The notes below the pieces were generated by a model. The model was not told the origin of the DNA, did no database searches, and saw only the letters and a program-made list of their open reading frames with translations. From the NCBI RefSeq assembly GCF_009914755.1, contig NC_060926.1: 64,000 nucleotides of DNA. The stretch is one strand, 5' to 3'. The number at the start of each line of letters is the position of its first letter. Positions within the stretch are counted from its first letter, which is position 1. Below, one piece after another: positions 55,618 to 64,000 of the stretch. A program made the translations under genes and the position numbers. The stretch is from the human T2T-CHM13v2.0 reference genome, Homo sapiens.

Positions 55618-56220
55618 ATGAACAGACACTTCTCAAAAGAAGACATTTATGCAGACAAAAAACACGTGAAAAAATGCTCACCATCACTGGCCATCAGAGA
55701 AATGCAAATCAAAACCACAATGAGATACCGTCTCACACCAGTTAGAATGGCAATCATTAAAAAGTCAGGAAACAACAGGTGCTGGAGAGGATGTGGAGAA
55801 ATAGGAACACTTTTACACTGTTGGTGGGACTGTAAACTAGTTCAACCTTTGTGGAAGTCAGTGTGGCAATTCCTCAGGGATCTAGAACTAGAAATACCAT
55901 CTGACCCAGCCATCCCATTACTGGGTATATACCCAAAGGACTATAAATCATGTTGCTATAAAGACACATGCACACGTATGTTTATTGTGGCATTATTCAC
56001 AATAGCAAAGACTTGGAACCAACCCAAATGTACATCAAAGATAGACTGGATTAAGAAAATGTGGCACATATACACCATGGAATACTATGCAGCCATAAAA
56101 AAGGACGAGTGCACGTCCTTTGTAGGGACATGGATGAAATTGGAAACCATCATTCTCAGTAAACTATCGCAAGACCAAAAAACCAAACACTGCATATTCT
56201 CACTCATAGGTGGTAATTGA
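55618..56220 (+). pseudogene. L1 ORF2p C-terminal Cys-rich remnant
   Basis: [18 protein letters not shown] motif, ending ...SLIGGN. Confidence 0.95.
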
Positions 56221-59200
56221 ACAATGAGAACACATGGACACAGGAAGGGGAACATCACACTCTGGGGACGGTTGTGGGGTGCAGGGAGGGGGGAGGGATA
56301 GCTTTAGGAGATATACCTAATGCTAAATGACGAGTTAATGTGTGCAGCACACCAGCTTGGCACATGTATACATATGTAACTAACCTGCACATTGTGCACA
56401 TGTACCCTAAAACTTAAAGTATAATAATAATAATAAACCACTTTAAAAAAAATCTAATTCAAGTTGTGAGTAAATTCTCTTTTAAAGTTAAAAAAAATAT
56501 TAATGTAGATAAAATAAAAATTTAGCAAAATTGACCAGGCAGACCCATCTTTTTTATCTGTCCTAAGGTGAACCATGGGTAAGATTAATATTCTTTAAGA
56601 TTTTATAAATTAATTAGTTGAGTTTGAATGAATGAACTGTTTGAAATCATATTTTTCAATAAGTAAGTACTTCTTTTTCTTCTGGGTGAGAATAAAAATC
56701 TGGTCAGTATTTTAATTAATAAATAATATATTTGACAAAGTAAAATGATATTTATGATCAATTGACTTTGTATTTCAGTAGACTTTGTATAAAATGTAAA
56801 AGAATTTCCACATTACTGAAAAAATATATTAATGCCATGAAAAATAGTATGTTCTGAATTTTCCAAAGATAAGAAATGTGCCTCGTCCGAATATAATTTA
56901 ACGGGGGAAAAGGAAATTATGTTAGCTTCAGTTCTCACTGGATATATCTCAGATCTAATGTTTAAGATAAGAAAGATGACAGTTTGAGAGAGGCTGGTGA
57001 CTTTCAAATAATTTACCCAGTTGGGAGAACTGCTGTTATGTTTTTGTTGCATGTAAATGCTGCAAGATACTGCCTGTCCCTAAAGCTATTCAGCACTCAA
57101 GTGTGGCAATAGTGTTAGGGCTCCTTGCCACATGTATCTGCACATCTTCCCCTCCTCAGCATATCTCAGTGGTGAGGGCTCAGTTTGCTGAGGCTTTTGC
57201 TTCGGGCCCATTGGAGTAAATTTCCCATTTTATTATCTGTGGTCTCTTAGGGAGAGTGTAACAGATAATGAGTCCTGATGCTGAAGTATCCCACATCCAC
57301 TGTCATCGCTAGGCAGAGTGATTGCACTTCATAGCAGAGTGCAGTGATTTTTCAGCAGGCAAAAACAGAACAAGGACAAATGCCTTTATAGGACAGAGGA
57401 CTAATTGGAGAAACAAAAAAACACATTTTAATTTAAGTGTACTATACACTTTCAAGTACCTATGATTAGAGTTCATAAAGGACGTTTGGGAAAAAATACA
57501 TGATTTTAGAATTTTAAATAGTAGCAGAGAAATCAAAAAAGGAAAATGACTACCAAGTTAGGTTTCTGGAATATTTGATAAAATATAAAATCTTCAGGCA
57601 GTGCAAAAGTACAAAGAAACAAAATTGTGACTATATTGATAAAAGACATGGATGATGTAGAAGACCACATAAGCTAATAATAATATTTCTTTAAGGAGAA
57701 AATAGAACAGATGAAACATGTTTGTTAAAATTCTTCCTGCAAACAAGAGAATGCCCACTGTCTAGTTGAAGAAGTAAAATAATTTTTTAAAATGTATTTG
57801 GTCATATCTCTACAGCCTGGCTGGAAATTTAGCATGGCTATTGATGTAACACCCTAGGAAAACCTGGGGGCTTCCCTAGCAAAACTGCCCTCAGCACTGA
57901 GGACTTTTGCCATCCAGGACTGAGGATCAGATTCTGAAGCTAGATAGCCAAGAATAATGCCCAAGCACAAAAAGCCTTCTATAGCACAAATGACATTAGC
58001 GTCACTACTTAGGACTGGAGGCAAAAGCTTTTCTACCCTACTGTGCCCCAAAAGCATGACATATCTATCACTAGGCCTTCTGGAAAATCAATTCCCCCAG
58101 CCAGGTATTTTTTCTTCTAACTTGGGGAGTGGAAGTGGCACTGTAGAAAATTACCAATATTTAGGAATGATATTTCAAGATGTCAAGCAACTACAAATGA
58201 CCAATATCTACTGGAAGATATAATATTCCAAATGATAATAAAACTTATTTGAGATGAAAAAACTTAAATGTTTTAGATGGAAGAAGCTTGCCACATCTCA
58301 AAAAGAATGAATTAAAAAAAAAAAGAGGCACAGCAATATTAGGAACATCATTCCTTTGGTTAGCTTCCAGTTGTTATTATGCCTTCTAGATTAGGAGAGT
58401 GGGTGTGGGGATATTCTGTTTTCAGACTCATAAATGTATCTCCTCATTTTTTGCCCCTCTTTTTTACTTGTGTACATGCTCTCTCTCTGACTTATAGATT
58501 CTGAACCCCCACTTTCTCTGAGTCAGCTGCCTTTCTCACTGCAGTGTCCTTGGCATATTTTCCAGATTATAACTTCTGCTCTGCCTCAGTAGTCAGTAAG
58601 CAATCATTTTCCTTAGAAGTTTATGAAAATCACTTCCGTTCTCCTGGTTCCACTTCTTGATCTTTTTTTCTGTTGTTGGTTTGCACGATATTTATTGCTT
58701 TATGAACATTTCAACAAGTCCTTAGGAGGCAAGGGATGTAAATCTGTTTTAAGACTACCATCATGACCTGTAAATCTCCTGTAAGTGTTTTCTAAAAATT
58801 ATTCTGTAATACTGGTGTAATCATAGTATTAACAATCCAAGTGAAACCGTTTACTATTCTTTTCCTTATATTAAATTAAAAATGATAATCTGTCCTTTTT
58901 AAAGATGATAATGAGGCACATTCAGTCGAATGTGTAACACCTGTCACTTTCTTTTATGTAATATCTCATTCAGCCTTTCATTCATTTTCTTCGTTCATTC
59001 TGTTGTCTGAAATGGGAAACAGCTGGCAACCTACAGGAAAAAGGATAAGAAATACAAAATGTCTGTTTTGTAATTTTAATGGTTATATGCCTTAAAGGAG
59101 GTGCATGGGTCAAGGATGTTTGAGTATGTCATGCAGACAGGGTGGAAGAGGACCAGCCCAGTGGCGTCTCCTCTGTCAGCTAATGTATTCAACTTGCTAT

Positions 59201-59253
59201 AATACAAAATCATTTATGCATGTGTTTTGATTGTCTCCCATTTACTTCGTTGA

Positions 59254-59741
59254 TGAAAGGATTCCTGCCTTAGAATTATGGGATGGCTGAATATAGGACA
59301 CTCAACACTGGACAGATGAGATCGACAGCAGTTTATTAGTCAATGTACTCACAGCCGGGAGAGAAGGACACTGCATACTATGTAGGGCCGCACAGGGGTT
59401 ACCTTTGGGAACAGAGTGAATAACCAGGAGCTGTGGCAGGTAGGATTCTTAGTAACAATAGGGTGGGGTGCCATTTTGTTCCCATGGGATGAAGATGATG
59501 ACATTGGCTTGTTAGAATAATTCTGTAGGTTGGCAGGGAACTGAAACCTGCTATTCAGGGAAAATAAGCAGGAATTGTGCCTGGTCTGCTTAATAAGGAG
59601 TATTGTTTTGCTAGTGGAATTTATCCATGGGAGCAGAGTGGGGAGGGGAAATTGCTCCTGGGCCATTTGAGGCCCTCTTGATCTCACCAGACGTCAAGGC
59701 AACACATAGTATTAAACCTTAATTTGAGGCCTTGACCTACA
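59254..59741 (-). mobile_element. ERVL solo LTR (LTR53/LTR47-like)
   Basis: TG...CA ends with near-TSD GTTGA/GTTGG; minus-strand AATAAA near 59332; GCCTTGACGTCTGGTGAG...GGGCCTCAAATGGCC on the - strand. Confidence 0.7.
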
Positions 59742-61144
59742 GTTGGGGCCCATATGTGAATAATTTTTAGAGGAGAACATTGAGTCTGATATAGGCTTGT
59801 TCATTTTCCCCCCCGATTACTTAATTAGACTTACCAGATTTGTTTTCTGTATAGGAATAGTCTGTGTATTCTCAAGAACTCTTCCATCTCTAGAGTTTGA
59901 CCCTGTCAAGAGGTCTAGTTTTCTAAAATCTGTAGGAAATGTTTTCTAGACTGAATGACTCATCAATATTGTCCATAAATAAAATAAAACTTATCTGTTA
60001 AGTAGATTAAATCGTGCAAATAACCCATCCTGGCTACTCTCTTGGTTGAATTAGAACAGTTATACTCACACTCTTTGAGAAACTGAATTTTTGTTTCTCC
60101 TTAAAGAGCTCATTGTTGATAGAAATCCCACATACTTCTTTGGTTACTTATTGATGCCTTAGTTATGTACTAATAAATTTTGAAGACAGTCTATTTCAAA
60201 TCTTTAAGTAACTCAGAGTTCTGACTTTTAGGAGGAAGAAAGACTTGTTAGGTTACTCCAAAAGAATTTAAACCAAGTAATATTTGGTTTAAGTCTCAAT
60301 CAACTATTTTAATGATTAATGGAAACATTTCTGATTGAAAGTCTGTTTAGGCCATGGAAAAGTAAATTCAGCTTTGAGTTTAGAAACTGTCATTCAAGAA
60401 GGGAAATCAACAAGAGAGGAAAACTGGCATAGTGGAAAGAAAATTGCACTGTAAGTCAAGAGGCTCTTGTTCTGAGATTTAATTTTGACTAAGTTACTTA
60501 ATTTTTTTGTCTCATTTTTTTCCCAAACCTATAAAATGAGAAATTTGTCAAACTAAACTCCTAGGTATAATCCAACTCCAAAATTTTGTAATCTAAGAAA
60601 TCTCTGGTCTCTAACATTTTATGGTCATGTCAGAGGTAGCATTTTTATAGCACTCAGGACATGAGCATTCCATTAGGATATGTATCAGTTTCCTTTGCTA
60701 CTCACACTTTCTGTTTATATAGAACCTTTTCCCAATCATTATCCCTCTTGGAAATTAAATAAAAGTCTAACAAGAGTGCCAAAGCATAAACAGACTAATA
60801 AATGTTTTAATGCAGTCACCTTGTTAATTTTCAGAGAACACCATAAAGAAGTCATAAAAGACACTCCTCAGCTAAGAATACTGTCAGCCGCTGGCTAGGA
60901 CATTACTCCCTGGTATTTTAGAAACTTTTTACTAGAAGCTGAAAAAAAGGGTAGTATTTTTGAAATAGTATTTAATAGAAAATTTACACAAAATATTTTT
61001 GAAAATCAAAAAGGAACCACAAGAATAAAGGCTGTTAACCAGCTAGCCAACTGCCTGGATCCAAAAATAATTTGAGTTTTCTTAATGCTAACCACAGCCT
61101 TTGGATCCCCAGGGATATGTTTATTCCTCTACTTGAAATATCAA

Positions 61145-61360
61145 TAATAATGGTAGCTAATTTTTATTGAGTAATTACTATTCAAAATATTTCATACATT
61201 TAATCTTCATAACTATTATATAGTTATCATACTTACATTGCATGTGAGGAAAAAAAAACAACAGAGTTTAAGTAGCATGTCATAAATCACACAACTCCTA
61301 AGTGGTGAAGCCATGGTTTGAACTTTCTGACTTCAGAGTTGTCAATACTAACCACTATGT
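61145..61360 (-). mobile_element. MIR
   Basis: AATAATAATGGTAGCTAA...TTATTGAG...CATTTAATCTTCATAAC...TAAGTGGTGAAGCC. Confidence 0.75.
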
Positions 61361-61372
61361 AGAAGAGCATTG

Positions 61373-61463
61373 CACACCAATATGGCACATGTATACATAT
61401 GTAACAAACCTGCATGTTGTGCACGTGTACCCTAAAACTTAAAGTATTTATATATATATATAT
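61373..61463 (+). mobile_element. Minimal L1PA 3'-tip insertion with (TA)n tail
   Basis: ATGGCACATGTATACATATGTAACAAACCTGCA...AAAACTTAAAGTAT; 11-bp TSD GAAGAGCATTG at 61362-72 and 61464-74. Confidence 0.93.
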
Positions 61464-61859
61464 GAAGAGCATTGAGCATAATAGCAAATAGCACAAGAAC
61501 TTGCAGTCAAAAGGGCAATTCAGTGCTACTAAAATACCAAACAAATTGAGTAGAGGTAAAACAGAGAACTCTAATATAAATGGGAAGAAATTGAGCAGAG
61601 ATAGATTAATATTCCATTTGGGGCTTATGAAAAGTGCAATCACTTTCTTCTTTCCTTTCTCTCTAATTTTCCTAAATGTAGACATAACAGCACCAGCAAG
61701 TGAGGCCTTTGAGAGGTGAAGGAAAGATCTAAGGGAGATTTGGGGTTGACTGAATCATGGGAGTGATGTGGCACACAGTCCTTGTTTCTCCCTCAGCAAT
61801 TATCTTCTGTTACTGACTTTCTTGCTGACAAAGTCTGCAATTGTTAAGGGTAGTGATTT

Positions 61860-62570
61860 GTAAATGCCAGTTAGATTAAAGCTTTTGTTAGTGTTATTCT
61901 CTACCTTTACTGATCTTATTTCTCTAGTATCAATTACTGAAACAAATAAGTTAAATATTCCAACTATAATTATGTATTTGTCTATTTTTCTCTTTATTTC
62001 TGTAAGTTTTGCTTTATATATTTTGAAGCCGTGTTATGATGTACATATATATGTATAATTGTCATGTCTTCATGGTGTGTTGACCTTTTGTTATTGTGAC
62101 ATTACCCTACTTGTTTCTAGCAATGTGCAGTCTAGAAGTCTATTTTTCTGATATTAATATAGCCTCTATAAGCCTCTATATAAAGACTCTACCTTTTTAA
62201 ATCTTGCTATTTACATGCAATATATTTTCCCAGTATTTTATGTTTGATGATTTGTGACTGTATTTGTGTTCCTTGCAGGTAGCATATAGGTGATTCTTGC
62301 TTTTTATTGAGCCTGACAGTCTCTGACTTTTGGTTGAAGTTTTCATTCTACTTTTATATATAAAAGCAATTTTTCTATTATTTATTTAGGTCTGTTTTTT
62401 TGCTATTTGGTTATTATTTGTCTCTTTTTTCCCCTTTATCCTTTTTGACTTCTTTTAATAATCTGACTATAAAATTTTATAGTCAGATTTTTAGCTCAAT
62501 TTATTTTCTTAGTGTTTGCTATATAGACTACAATATGCCTCTTAAATTTATCCCAATTCACTTAAAGTTT
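61860..62570 (-). mobile_element. Old L1M ORF2 5' (endonuclease) region fragment
   Basis: TCCAACTATAATTATG.ATTTGTCTATTT...TTTTGCTTTATATATTTTGAAGC...TCTGATATTAATATAGC. Confidence 0.7.
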
Positions 62571-62844
62571 ATCCTTCCCTGTACTGCAGCCTAAAAACTC
62601 CAGGCAGTAATCTGGACAAACGTAGGGCTCAATTCTTTGTTTCTATCTTTTAGGCATCATTGTCCCAGTCTAAATGATGTCTATATTTTCTTTGCATCTT
62701 AGTTATTTCAGGTGAGAGATTAAATCATGTCTTTGTTATTCCATCTTGGTTGGAATTGGAAGTCCTAGTTAGTGTAAATTTAAGAAATGAAAATGATATG
62801 CGTAGGCAATTAAGTTGTCAGCTTTCAGTCTTTTATATATATTT

Positions 62845-63325
62845 AGTTTTTTGAGGTCTAATTTATGCACTACTAATTCACACATCTTAAACGTACAGTT
62901 TGATGAATTTTACATGTGTATGTATATGTGAAAATACACTATCCAGGTCATCCAGATCAAGATAGAGAACATTTCTGTTACTCTAGAAGGTTCCTTCATG
63001 TTTCTTCCTAGTTAGTATTCACCATCCTTGCACTTTAGAGTAGCACTATTCTAACTTCTATTACCATAGGTTACTTTTACTGTTATTAAACTTCATGTGA
63101 TGGGAATTATATGTACACTTTTGTGCATGACTTCTTTCATCATGTTTTTTTGAGATCCATCTATGTTGTGTGTATCAGTAATTCATTTATTTTCATTGCT
63201 GTATACTATCCTAGTGTATGAATATATCATAATTTCAATCCATTCTCCTGTTGGTGGCTATTTGGGTTATTTCTAGTTTGAGATTTTTGTGAATAAGTTT
63301 GCTATGAATATTTTTGTGGTCACTC
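62845..63325 (-). mobile_element. L1MC/ME 3' end
   Basis: TACAGTTTGATGAATTTT...CAGATCAAGATAGAGAACATTTC...TTTTGAGATCCATCTATGTTG. Confidence 0.8.
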
Positions 63326-63689
63326 ATATAATATTTTTCTGGGGGAATAAAGAAAAGGCGCAAGAAAAGCTTTTCTTGAAATTAGTAGCTGGTAGTAAGT
63401 TATGTCATTCAGAATTAGTTAATCTTAAGTATCTATTTGCAGGACAATTTCTGCACATCTAAATTACAATCAGCATTTACATTGTACACAAAGATGACCC
63501 ACATTACTACATATTTTGAATTGACTAATCTCTAAAGAAAGGTTTTAAAATAATTTGTGCATACCATCATAGTGATTTTAGTATAATCTGAGTTAATTAA
63601 TTAACAACATTACCATCTTATTAATATTATGGGCTAACCTTTGACAATCACTTATTAGGGACTGTTATAACTAAGATATTTTCTTCACA

Positions 63690-63840
63690 ACAATCTCAGT
63701 ATAAAATATTCACATATAATTTGTGAAATAACTGAGACCAATATATGTTAAGTGAGTTGTCCTAGACGACATAGCCAATAAAATGGTGAAGCTAAAATTT
63801 AAATCCAGTTGGTCTGGCTTCAGAGCCTGATATTTCTTTA
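63690..63840 (-). mobile_element. MIR remnant
   Basis: AACTGAGAC...GTTAAGTGAGTTGTCC...TCTGGCTTCAGAGCC. Confidence 0.65.
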
Positions 63841-64000
63841 TCAAAGCAGGATTACTAATAATTGCTGACAGGAGAGGAATAGCTAATTTATATGCATTAG
63901 TTAAACTTTCCTCATTATTAGCTGACCCTATTACTGTGGTTTTTGATTACTGAGTTAGTTCTTTCAAGGCCAGAGCACACTATAGTCAAAATTTATGTTT

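Noticed and set aside
58930-59250. Possible enhancer in unique sequence (E-box CAGCTG, GATAAG)
   Set aside because: Short motifs occur by chance; conservation and chromatin state cannot be assessed from sequence alone

Overview
This is AT-rich primate genomic DNA, probably human or another hominoid given the AluY and L1PA3-like elements. It is dominated by interspersed repeats: L1 (L1PA3 to L1ME), L2, Alu, MIR, ERVL/MaLR LTRs (THE1, MLT1, LTR16/33/41/50/53-like) and DNA transposons (Tigger1, Tigger3a, MER5/33/81). I cannot support any cellular protein-coding gene, RNA gene or CRISPR array; the recognisable ORFs are decayed L1 ORF1/ORF2, Tigger1 transposase or Alu read-through. I found no credible new biological system. 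The most interesting signal is structural: (i) at least four short locally templated copies of nearby DNA pasted into other repeats or unique DNA, three with donors about 1.5-1.8 kb away; (ii) two captured foreign segments inside old L1s, including an ancient MIR sitting inside a much younger L1; and (iii) three independent 5'-inverted (twin-primed) L1PA insertions. Subfamily names come from my recall of consensus sequences, not a database search, and boundaries of old repeats are approximate.
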